Below are positions 1 through 9,176 of a stretch of 31,404 nt of DNA, piece by piece. Both the position numbers and the translations under genes were made by a program. The notes below the pieces were generated by a model. The model worked only from the letters and a program-made list of their open reading frames with translations. It ran no database searches and had not been told where the DNA came from. Position 1 is the first letter of the stretch; every line of letters begins with the position of its first letter. Source of the stretch: Malacoraja senta (Eukaryota); assembly GCA_038087875.1 (NCBI GenBank), contig JAXLNO010000456.1, forward strand, positions 124,001 through 155,404, in the 5' to 3' direction.

Positions 1-1
1 C

Positions 2-2803
2 CACTCTCTGTGTGAAAAAGTTTTTCCTCATCTCGGTCTTAAAGGATTTCCCCCTTATCCTTAAGTTGTGACCCCTTGTCCTGGACTTCCCCAACATCGG
101 GAACAATCTTCCTGCATCTAGCCTGTCCAACCCCATAAGAATTTTGTACGTTTCTATAAGATCCCCTCTCAATCTCCTAAATTCTAGCGAGTATAAGCCA
201 AGTCTAGCCAGTCTTTCTTCATATGAAAGTCCTGACATCCCAGGAATCAGTCTGGTGAACCTTCTCTGCACTTCCTCTATGGCTATAATGTCCTTCCTCA
301 GATTTGGAGACCAAAACTGTACGCAATACTCCAGGTGTGGTCTCACCAAGACCCTGTACAACTGCAGTAGAACCTCCCTGCTCCTATACTCAAATCCTCT
401 TGCTATGAAGGCCAACATACCATTCGCTTTCTTCACTGCCTGCTGCACCTGCATGCCTACTTTCAATGACTGGTGTACCATGACACCCAGGTCTCGCTGC
501 ACCTCCCCATTTCCTAATCGGCCACCATTTAGATAATAGTCTGCCTTCCTGTTTTTGCCACCAAAGTGGATAACCTCACATTTATCCACATTATACTGCA
601 TCTGCCAAACATTTGCCCACTCACCCAGCCTATCCAAGTCACCTTGCAGTCTCCTAGCATCCTCCTCACAGCTAACACTGCCCCCCAGCTTAGTGTCATC
701 CGCAAACTGGGAGATGTTGCTTTCAATTCCCTCGTCCAGATCATTAATATAAATTGTAAATAGCTGGGGTACCAGCACTGAGCCTTGCGGTACCCCACTA
801 GTCACTGCCTGCCATTGTGAAAAGGACCCGTTTACTCCTACTCTTTGCTTCCTGTTTGCCAGCCAGTTCTCTTTCCACATCAATACTGAACCCCCAATAC
901 CGTGTGATTTAAGTTTGTATCCTAATCTCTTATGTGGTACCTTGTCGAAAGCCTTCTGAAAGTCCAGATACAACACATCCACTGGTTCTCCCCTATCCAC
1001 TCTACTAGTTACATCCTCGAAAAATTCTATAAGATTCGTCAGACACGATTTACCTTTCGTAAATCCATGCTGACTTTGTCCAATGATTTCACCACTTTCC
1101 AAATGTGCTGCTATCCCATCTTTAATAACTGACTCTAGCAGTTTCCCCACTACCGATGTTAGACTAACTGGTCTGTAATTCCACGTTTTCTCTCTCCCAC
1201 CCTTCTTAAAAAGTGGGGTTACGTTTGCTACCCTCCAATCCTCAGGAACTACTCCAGAATCTAAAGAATTTTGAAAAATTATCACTAATGCATCCACTAT
1301 TTCTGGAGCTACTTCCTTAAGTACTCTGGGATGCAGCCTATCTGGCCCTGGTGATTTATCGGCCTTTAATCCATTCAATTTACCCAACACCACTTCCCGA
1401 CTAACCTGGATTTCACTCAGTTCCTCCATCTCCTTTGACCCGCGGCCCCCTGCTATTTCCGGCAGATTATTTATGTCTTCCTTAGTGAAGACGGAACCAA
1501 AGTAGTTATTCAATTGGTCCGCCATATCCTTGTTCCCCATGATCAATTCACCTGTTTCTGACTGCAAGGGACCTACATATGTTTTAACTAATCTCTTTCT
1601 CTTCACATATCTATAAAAACTTTTCCAGTCAGTTTTTATGTTCCCTGCCAGTTTCCTTTCATAATCTATTTTCCCTTTCCTAATTAAGCCCTTTGTTCTC
1701 CTCTGCTGGTCTCTGAATTTCTCCCAGTCCTCTGGTATGCTGCCTTTTCTGGCTATATTGTACGCAAGATCTTTTGCTTTGATACTATCCCTGATTTCCC
1801 TTGTTATCCACGGATGCACTACCTTCCCTGATTTATTCTTTTGCCAAACTGGGATGAACATTTTTTGTAGTTCATCCATGCAGTCTTTAAATGCCTTCCA
1901 TTGCATATCCACCGTCAACCCTTTTAGAACTAATTGCCAGTCAATCTTGGCCAATTCACGTCTCATACCCTCAAAGTTACCTTTCTTTAAGTTCAGAACC
2001 GTTGTTTCAGAATGAACAATGTCACTCTCCATCCTAATGAAGAACTCAACCATATTATGGTCACTCTTGCCCAAGGGGGCACGCACAACAAGTCTGCTAA
2101 CTAACCCTTCCTCATTACTCAATACCCAGTCTAGAATAGCCTGCTCTCTCGTTGGTTCCTCTACATGTTGGTTTAGATAACTATCCCTCATACATTCCAA
2201 GAAATCCTCTTCCTCAGCACCCCTGCCAATTTGATTCACCCAATCTATATGTAGATTGAAGTCACCCATTATAACTGTTTTGCCTTTGTTGCACGCATTT
2301 CTAATTTCCTGTTTGATGCCATCCCCAACTTCACTACTACTGCTAGGTGGCCTGTACACAACACCCACCAGCGTTTTCTGCCCCTTAGTGTTCCGTAGCT
2401 CTACCCATACCGATTCCACATCCTCCAAGCTAATGACCTTCCTTTCCACTGCGTTAATCTCCTCTCTAACCAGCAACGCTACCCCACCTCCTTTTCCTTT
2501 CTCTCTATCCCTCCTGAATATTGAATATCCCTGGATGTTCAGCTCCCAGCCTTGGTCACCCTGGAGCCATGTCTCCGTGATCCCAACTATATCATAATCA
2601 TTAATTGCTATCTGCACGTTCAACTCATCAACCTTATTACGAATGCTCCTTGCATTGGGACACAAAGCCTTCAGGCTTGTTTTTACAACGCTCTTACCCC
2701 TTATACAATTATGTTGGAAAGTGGCTCTTTTTGATTTTTGCCCTGGATTTGTCTGCCTGCCACTTTTACTTTTCACCTTGCTACCTATTGCTTCCGCCCG
2801 CAT
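2..2803 (-). CDS. CR1 ORF2 (APE endonuclease plus reverse transcriptase), open to the window edge
   Basis: Manual translation finds no stop from 3178 to 2; first in-frame ATG at 2803. Motifs: NARSIRNK, GITETWL, GGGVALLV, YRPP, GDFN, SDHN, LDFQKAFDKVPH, GVPQGSVL, FADD, LVRPHLEYCVQFWSP. Confidence 0.9.
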   Translation of the reverse strand, partial: MRAEAIGSKVKSKSGRQTNPGQKSKRATFQHNCIRGKSVVKTSLKALCPNARSIRNKVDELNVQIAINDYDIVGITETWLQGDQGWELNIQGYSIFRRDREKGKGGGVALLVREEINAVERKVISLEDVESVWVELRNTKGQKTLVGVVYRPPSSSSEVGDGIKQEIRNACNKGKTVIMGDFNLHIDWVNQIGRGAEEEDFLECMRDSYLNQHVEEPTREQAILDWVLSNEEGLVSRLVVRAPLGKSDHNMVEFFIRMESDIVHSETTVLNLKKGNFEGMRRELAKIDWQLVLKGLTVDMQWKAFKDCMDELQKMFIPVWQKNKSGKVVHPWITREIRDSIKAKDLAYNIARKGSIPEDWEKFRDQQRRTKGLIRKGKIDYERKLAGNIKTDWKSFYRYVKRKRLVKTYVGPLQSETGELIMGNKDMADQLNNYFGSVFTKEDINNLPEIAGGRGSKEMEELSEIQVSREVVLGKLNGLKADKSPGPDRLHPRVLKEVAPEIVDALVIIFQNSLDSGVVPEDWRVANVTPLFKKGGREKTWNYRPVSLTSVVGKLLESVIKDGIAAHLESGEIIGQSQHGFTKGKSCLTNLIEFFEDVTSRVDRGEPVDVLYLDFQKAFDKVPHKRLGYKLKSHGIGGSVLMWKENWLANRKQRVGVNGSFSQWQAVTSGVPQGSVLVPQLFTIYINDLDEGIESNISQFADDTKLGGSVSCEEDARRLQGDLDRLGEWANVWQMQYNVDKCEVIHFGGKNRKADYYLNGGRLGNGEVQRDLGVMVHQSLKVGMQVQQAVKKANGMLAFIARGFEYRSREVLLQLYRVLVRPHLEYCVQFWSPNLRKDIIAIEEVQRRFTRLIPGMSGLSYEERLARLGLYSLEFRRLRGDLIETYKILMGLDRLDAGRLFPMLGKSRTRGHNLRIRGKSFKTEMRKNFFTQRV

Positions 2804-2982
2804 TTTGCACCCCTCTGTTTCTCTGCTCACCCATTTAAGAACCCCACCACCTCTTATTCTCTGTTTATTATTGTTTTCTTCTTCCCCCCCTACATGTTGG
2901 GTCTGAGTGCTTTCCTTCTCTGCCTCCTGCCTCACACACTGTCTAATAGCATTCTCTATTTGAGTCCCTCCCCCCAACCATT

Positions 2983-3918
2983 CTAGTTTAAAGTCTCCCC
3001 AGTAGCCTTTGCAGATCTCCCCGCCAGGATATCGGTCCCCCTCAGGTTCAAGTGCAACCCATCCTTTTTGTACAGGTCGAACCTTCCACAAAAAAGGTCC
3101 CAATGATCCAGAAATTTGAATCCCTGCCTTCTGCACCAGTCCTTCAGCCACGCATTTATCCTCCACCTCGCTCCATTCCTACTCTCACTGTCGCGTGGCA
3201 CAGGCAGTAATCCCGAGATTGTTACCTTTGCTGTCCTTCTCTTTAACTCCCCTCCTAACTCCCTAAATTCTCCTTTCAGGACCTCTTCTCTTTTTTTACC
3301 AATGTCATTGGTACCTATATGTATCACGACTTCGGGCTCCTCTCCCTGCCCTTTCAGGATGTCTTGGACACGTTGAGACACATCACAGACCCTGGCACCA
3401 GGCAGGCAAACTACCATCCGGGTCTCCCGACTGCGTCCACAGAATCGCCTGTCTGACCCCCTAACTATAGAGTCCCCTATTAATATTGCCCTCCTCTTCT
3501 TTTCCTTACCCTTCTGAGCAACAGGACCGGTCTCTATACCGGAGGCCCGGCCGCTGTCGCTACCCCCAGGTAGGCTGTCCACCCCAACAGTGCTCAAACA
3601 GGAGTACTTATTGTCAAGGTGTACAGCCACCGGGGTACTCTCTAGTCCCTGCCTGTGCCCCTTGCCTCTCCCAACCGTGATCCACTTGCCTGCCCCCTGT
3701 GGTGTTGGAGTGACCACATCCCTGTAACTCCTCTCGATGACTTCCTCGCTCTCCCTGACCAGACGGAGGTCATCGAGCTGCTGCTCCAGGTTCCTAATAC
3801 GGTCCATTAGGAGCTTCATCTCGATACACCTGACGCAGATGTGGACGTCTGGAGGGCTATCAGACTCCATGACTTCCCACATCTGACATCCAGAACAGTA
3901 AACTGCCCTGGCCTTCAT
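2983..3918 (-). CDS. CR1 ORF1p (zinc finger, coiled coil, SGNH/GDSL esterase), 311 aa
   Basis: CSGC...HICVRC, a heptad-like region, and esterase blocks IGDSIVRG, HIGTND, DGLHL. Confidence 0.92.
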   Translation of the reverse strand: MKARAVYCSGCQMWEVMESDSPPDVHICVRCIEMKLLMDRIRNLEQQLDDLRLVRESEEVIERSYRDVVTPTPQGAGKWITVGRGKGHRQGLESTPVAVHLDNKYSCLSTVGVDSLPGGSDSGRASGIETGPVAQKGKEKKRRAILIGDSIVRGSDRRFCGRSRETRMVVCLPGARVCDVSQRVQDILKGQGEEPEVVIHIGTNDIGKKREEVLKGEFRELGGELKRRTAKVTISGLLPVPRDSESRNGARWRINAWLKDWCRRQGFKFLDHWDLFCGRFDLYKKDGLHLNLRGTDILAGRSAKATGETLN

Positions 3919-3940
3919 ACTCCCCTTACCCTGGATAGAA

Positions 3941-4084
3941 TATAAAACAAACTGCTACAATACAAAACAAACTGCTACAATACAAAACAAACTGATACAA
4001 TACAAAACAAACTGATACAATACAAAACAAGCTGCTACAATACAAAACAAACTGCTACAATACAAAACAAACTGCTACAATACA
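3941..4084. repeat. 20-bp tandem repeat, about 7 copies (tacaaaacaaactgctacaa), in CR1 5'UTR
   Basis: Exact 20-bp periodicity from 3941. Confidence 0.95.
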
Positions 4085-4205
4085 GTACAATCAGCAGGGA
4101 TCTGACTCCCAATCAGCTGCTCCCTCTTGTCTGCGTCCACCAATCAGCGGCTTCCTCAAACCCACTTGTTTTTGAAGTGGAACTTGGAACGTTACAGATT
4201 TGGGT

Positions 4206-4455
4206 TCCTTTTTAACTCCTACCGCTCGGGTGTAGCTCCTCCCTCTGCGATCTCTCCAACGGCTCTCGAGCCTCTGTAAGGAACAAGCCCCGCGCTCCTT
4301 TTTAACCCGTACCGCTCGGGTGTAGCTCCTCCCTCTGCGATCTCTCCAACGGCTCTCGGGCCTCTGTAAGGAACAAGCCCCGCGCTCCTTTTTAACCCGT
4401 ACCGCTCGGGTGTAGCTCCTCCCTCTGCGATCTCTCCAACGGCTCTTGGGCCTCT
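4206..4455. repeat. 90-bp CpG-containing tandem repeat, about 2.8 copies, at the CR1 5' end
   Basis: accgctcggg recurs at 4221, 4311 and 4401; units are nearly identical. Confidence 0.95.
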
Positions 4456-4768
4456 TATTCAGCAGGAACTCCCAATTTTACAGAAACAACTGGATCAAGT
4501 AAATTTTGTGACATTATTCCAGGTGAGAGGTCACATATCACTTGAGTTCAATGATAATGCACAGTCACAGCCCGTTTACTAAAACGTTCCATGTCCTCTC
4601 CACTGAAGGTCCTCTAAGATTTATGAAGAACCACTGCATATTTGTGCCTTTGGGTTTTGATCTTGTCACAAACAGATATGATTTCCAGATATTGGTTCTT
4701 AAGACACGTCTTGCCAATTTATGATCCACCATCAAATCATTAATTTCAATTAATATGGCAAATGTGTT

Positions 4769-4998
4769 CAATAGACAATAGTGCAGGAATCGGCCATTTG
4801 GCCCTGCGAGCCAGCACCGCCATTCAATGTGACCATGGCTGATCATCCACAATAAGTACCCCGTTCCTGCCTTCTCCCCATATCCCCATGACTCCGCTAT
4901 CTTTAAGAGCACTATCTAGCACTCCCTTGAAAGTATCCAGAGAACCGGCCTCCACCGCCCACTGAGGCAGAGAATTCCATAGACTCACAACTCTCTGT
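4769..4998 (-). mobile_element. CR1 3'-end fragment
   Basis: (caataga)n tail, shared 3'UTR, and ORF2 end QRVVSLWNSLPQ. Confidence 0.85.
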
Positions 4999-5311
4999 TG
5001 GGGAGGGGGGGGGGGGGCGGGGGGAGGTAACATTGACACAAATTCATCCATTGCAATATATGTATTAGATATCTGTGTGCACCAATTAAATGCAAAAAAG
5101 CAAAAATAATGGAGATAAGTGGAATTAGTTTAGATTAGTTTATTATTTTCACGTGCACCGTGAAAAGCTTTTTTATTTGTTGGATTAAATTAAAGATTTA
5201 TCCTAGTCCCAAACCAACCTGCATGGAAACATCACTGTCAAACCGTCAGCGGGCGACGCCAGGTCCATGAACACAAGCAGTACAAGAACACAACACAACC
5301 TAAACTCACTT

Positions 5312-5749
5312 CATGATCATGGCTGATCATCTCCAATCAGTACCCCGTTCCTGCCTTCTCCCCATATCCCCGGGCTATCTTTAAGAGCCCTATCTAGCTC
5401 TCTTGAATTCCACACTCACCACTCTCTGTGTGAAAAGGTGTTTCCTCATCTCCGTTCTAAATAGCTTACCACTTATACTTAAACTGTGGCCCCTGGTTCT
5501 GGACTGGCCCAACAACAGGAACATGTTTCCCACCTCTAGCGTGTCCAACCCTTAATAATTGTATATGTTTGAATAAGATGCCCTCTCATCCTTCTAAATT
5601 ACAGTATACAAGCCCAGCCGCTCCATTCTCTCAGCATACAATGGTCCCGCCATCCCAGGAATTAACCTTGACAAACTATGATGCACTGCGTCTACAGCAA
5701 TAATGTCCTTCCTCAAATTAGGGGACCAATACTGCACATAATACTCCAG
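5312..5749 (-). mobile_element. CR1 3' fragment
   Basis: LEYYVQYWSPNLRKDI...ERLGLY plus 3'UTR shared with other copies. Confidence 0.85.
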
Positions 5750-5900
5750 GAAGGCGGCTGGCGAGTCTGTGAGCCACGAGATAAACAGGTTACAAGGGAC
5801 TCCTCGGTGCAGTACCCTCCACCCCAGGTCCCCGATGTAGAAGGGGTATGATGGTTGACTGTTGGGCAGTTCTTCAGTCTGCCGTTCCATACACCTTTAT
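5750..5900 (-). mobile_element. Tx1/L1-like ORF2 C-terminal fragment
   Basis: YIGDLGWRVLHRGVPCNLFISWLTDSPAA resembles the region before the C-terminal zinc finger of Tx1-like RTs; abuts the CR1 fragment. Confidence 0.55.
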
Positions 5901-6051
5901 GTGAAGGTCTTGCCCCAGTGAGCACTTTTAAATCTTTCTTCTCTCACCTTAATTGCCCTCCGGCTATTGATTCCCGTTCCCTGGGGAATCTTCTACCGCA
6001 TTAATTCCATCATTTGCCTCATGGTTTCACATGCATCTACAATACATGAAT

Positions 6052-6412
<361 letters not shown>

Positions 6413-6484
6413 GCCAAAGTCTCCTACACGCCTTCATCCCTCCCGACCCACTGAGATTCTCTGTCTCTCTCCGTTCACCCGCAG

Positions 6485-7017
6485 ACACTGTGACCTTGGA
6501 CTTGGAAACAGCGCGCCCGAAACTCGAGGTGTCCGAGGATCGGAAGAGCGTGAGGAGGACCGGGACACAGGGAAGTCTCCCTGACAACGGGAAGTGGTTT
6601 ACAGTCTGGCCTTGTGTGCTGGGATCGGAGGGATTCACCTCGGGGAGACATTACTGGGAGGTGGAGGTGACGGAGAACTGGGGCTGGTGTCTGGGAGTCG
6701 CCGCCGAGTCTCTGGACAGGGAGAGAGACATGGACCTGAGGCAGGTGACTGGGCTCTGGTCCGTGGAGCAAGTTGGCGACGAGTTTCGTGTGAACTCCTT
6801 TCCGAAACCCCGTCTCCTCACCGATCCCATCCCAGAGAGGCTGGGAGTTTATCTCAGTTACGAGGCAGGGACAGTCTCATTTTACAGCGCGAATACCAAG
6901 TCCCATCTCCACACCTTCAGTGGGAATAAGTTCACCGGGAAACTTTACCCTTTCTTCTGGACTTGGGATGGAAACCAGTGTCAGAGAATCTGCTGCAGTT
7001 CCACTCTAGATCTGTAA
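6485..7017 (+). CDS. Terminal B30.2 (PRY-SPRY) exon of a TRIM-like (or butyrophilin-like) gene; open frame
   Basis: Pyrimidine tract and acceptor cccgcag|AC. Translation TVTLDLETARPKLEVSEDRKSV...CVLGSEGFTSGRHYWEVEV...LGVYLSYEAGTVSFY...LYPFFW ends at TAA 7015-7017. Upstream exons not found in the window. Confidence 0.85.
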
Positions 7018-7067
7018 ATGTCTTTGCTCCCGGGTCCAAAGTCAGGAACAACTTATATTTCAAGGTT

Positions 7068-7660
7068 CAATAGACAATAGGTGCAGGAGTAGGCCATTCG
7101 GCTCTTCGAGCCAACACCGCCATTCAATGTGATCATGGCTGATCATCCCCAATTAGTAACCCGTTCCTGCCTTCTCCCCATATCCCCTGACTCCGCTATC
7201 TTTAAGAGCCCTATCTAGCTCTCTCTTGAATGTATCCAGAGATCCGGCCTCGACCACCCTCACAGACTCACAACTCTGTTGTGAAAAAAGTGTTTGCTCA
7301 TCTCCATTCTAAATGGCTTACCCCTTATTCGTAAACCTTGGCCGCTGGTTCTGGACTCCCCCAATGTCGGGAACTTGCTTCCTGCCTCTAGCGTGTCCAA
7401 ACCCTAAATATCTTAGAGCTTTCAATAAGATAGCCTCTCATCCTTCTAAATTCCAGAGTACACAAGCCCAGCCGCTCCATTCTCTCAGCATATGACAGGC
7501 CCGCCATCCATGGAATTAACCTTGTAAACCTACGCTGCACTCCCTCAATAGCATGAATGTCCTTCCTCAAATTAGGGGACCAAATCTGCACACAATACTC
7601 CAGGTGTGGTCTCACCAGGGCCCTGTACAACTGCAGGACCTCTTTGCTCCTATACTCATC
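7068..7660 (-). mobile_element. CR1 3' fragment
   Basis: LYRALVRPHLEYCVQIWSPNLRKD, 3'UTR and (caataga)n tail. Confidence 0.9.
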
Positions 7661-8102
7661 TCCTTGTGACCTTAACAATTAATAATTTTGGGGATCAAAT
7701 ATTGGGCAGAAACCCCATTCGCAACAGATTGACGCTAAACAAGTTACATTTAACCACCAAATTATTAATTGTAAAGCCACAAGGAATTTGGAAATAGAAC
7801 TGGTCAAAAGAAAGGCATGGAAATGTAATTGAATTTGGGGATGTGAATGCAATAATGTTTAACTGTATCCCCAACACTTCGATCAACTCAGACTTGGAGT
7901 TAACTACTTCTCTTTTCACAGATACTGCTTGGCCTGCAGAGTTTTTGGTATCATTATTTGCTTTTCATTCAGATTTGTGACACCTGCAGTATTTCTTCGA
8001 TTTTCATAGGCCCCTACAATAAAAAATTATCGCGAAAAATTTGAAGGGAATTTTAAATGTGGGCAGATTCTGATTGGGACGGGGAGATCTTCTTGTAGCC
8101 TT

Positions 8103-8316
8103 CCTGGAGCTATGCAATTGAAATGTGGTGGCCTGCAACCTGCCTGGAGTGCTATGCAATTGAAATGTGGTCAGCTGCACCCTCCTTTGAGTGCTATGCA
8201 ATTAAAATGTGGTGGCCTGCACCCTGCCTGGAGTGTTATGCAATTGAAATGTGGTGGCCTGCACCCTGCCTGGAGTGCTATGCAATTGAAATGTGGTGGC
8301 CTGCACCCTGCCTGGA
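8103..8316. repeat. 42-bp minisatellite, about 5 copies
   Basis: Unit cctggagtgctatgcaattgaaatgtggtggcctgcaccctg, head to tail without spacers. Confidence 0.95.
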
Positions 8317-8338
8317 ATGGAATTTCAAGGAATAGCCA

Positions 8339-8446
8339 TGAGTGAGCTGCCAGCCACCAGCCCTGAGTGACTGAGTTGCCAACCCACCAGCCCTGAGTGA
8401 CTGAGCTGCCAGCCCACCAGGCCTGAGTGACTGAGCTTTCAGCCCA
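8339..8446. repeat. About 30-bp minisatellite, about 3.5 copies
   Basis: Unit tgagtgactgagctgccagcccaccagccc. Confidence 0.9.
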
Positions 8447-8636
8447 AGAATCCATTCGGCACACAATGTCCATACTAGCCCTCTGGAAACCAGTCCCTTC
8501 GGCCCACTACACCCATACAAGCGCTCCAGGAAGCCCCCCCCCCCACTGGCCACTAATATTGGAATTGGTGGAGACGAGAAATATTGTGTTGGGGGACCAG
8601 CCCTCCCGTGTGAACATGGGTCCCACTTAGTCTATT

Positions 8637-8735
8637 GCCTTTTATGTGCTGAAGAGAAAACTGAAGGGGCCTAGTCGCCAAAACAAGCATAAGCTAAAGA
8701 TGGCTGCAATACAGGCCTGGCAGAGCATCACCAGG
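8637..8735 (+). mobile_element. Tc1-like transposase C-terminal fragment
   Basis: AFYVLKRKLKGPSRQNKHKLKMAAIQAWQSITR matches the segment after the SPDLNPIE motif in Tc1 transposases. Confidence 0.7.
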
Positions 8736-9063
8736 TCCACCTTCAGACTGTCTCCATGGAAGTGAAAGTCGTGTTTCCCCAGGTCCGCATTTGGTGGCCA
8801 CCAATCCCAAAGAAATGAAACCAGCGATTCTCCTTGTCGCCCCCCACACTTCAGATAGACGGTGACTCTACACGTCTGCAACTTCTTCCCTTTCGAGAAC
8901 AGTACATACTTATTTTAAATAATTAACTACCACAAATAAGTAGTCTATTCCTTCACTTTGAACTCCCTGACTGATTATAACATGACCTAAGATTTATAAA
9001 TCAAAACACAAAGTGATGGAGTAAGACAGCGGGCCAGGCAACAGGTTGAGATAAGAATGAAGG

Positions 9064-9176
9064 GCAGATGCTGGTTTACACAAAATATAAACATTAAGAC
9101 ACTAAGTGCTGGAGTAACTCAGCGGGTCAGGCAGCATTTCTGGAGAATATGCACAGATCATGTTTCGGGTAGGGAC
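9064..9176 (-). mobile_element. Short PLE-terminus-derived repeat
   Basis: tgctggagtaactcagcgggtcaggcagcat is the reverse complement of the type of sequence ending the PLE at about 21005-21045; a partial copy lies at 9006-9040. Confidence 0.65.

Larger units (their letters stand above)
1..4455 (-). mobile_element. Near-full-length CR1-clade LINE; 3' end lies beyond position 1
   Basis: Repeat-containing putative 5'UTR, ORF1 (zinc finger plus SGNH esterase) and ORF2 (APE endonuclease plus RT) in CR1 order. The 5' boundary is approximate. Confidence 0.92.

Noticed and set aside
144..2906. Series of + strand ORFs
   Set aside because: Antisense shadows of CR1 ORF2.
4999..5026. G-run (possible G-quadruplex)
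   Set aside because: Low-complexity tract at a CR1 truncation point with no evidence of function.
8103..8446. CRISPR-like appearance of the 42-bp and 30-bp repeats
   Set aside because: Head-to-tail units with no unique spacers, no cas genes, and eukaryotic context.
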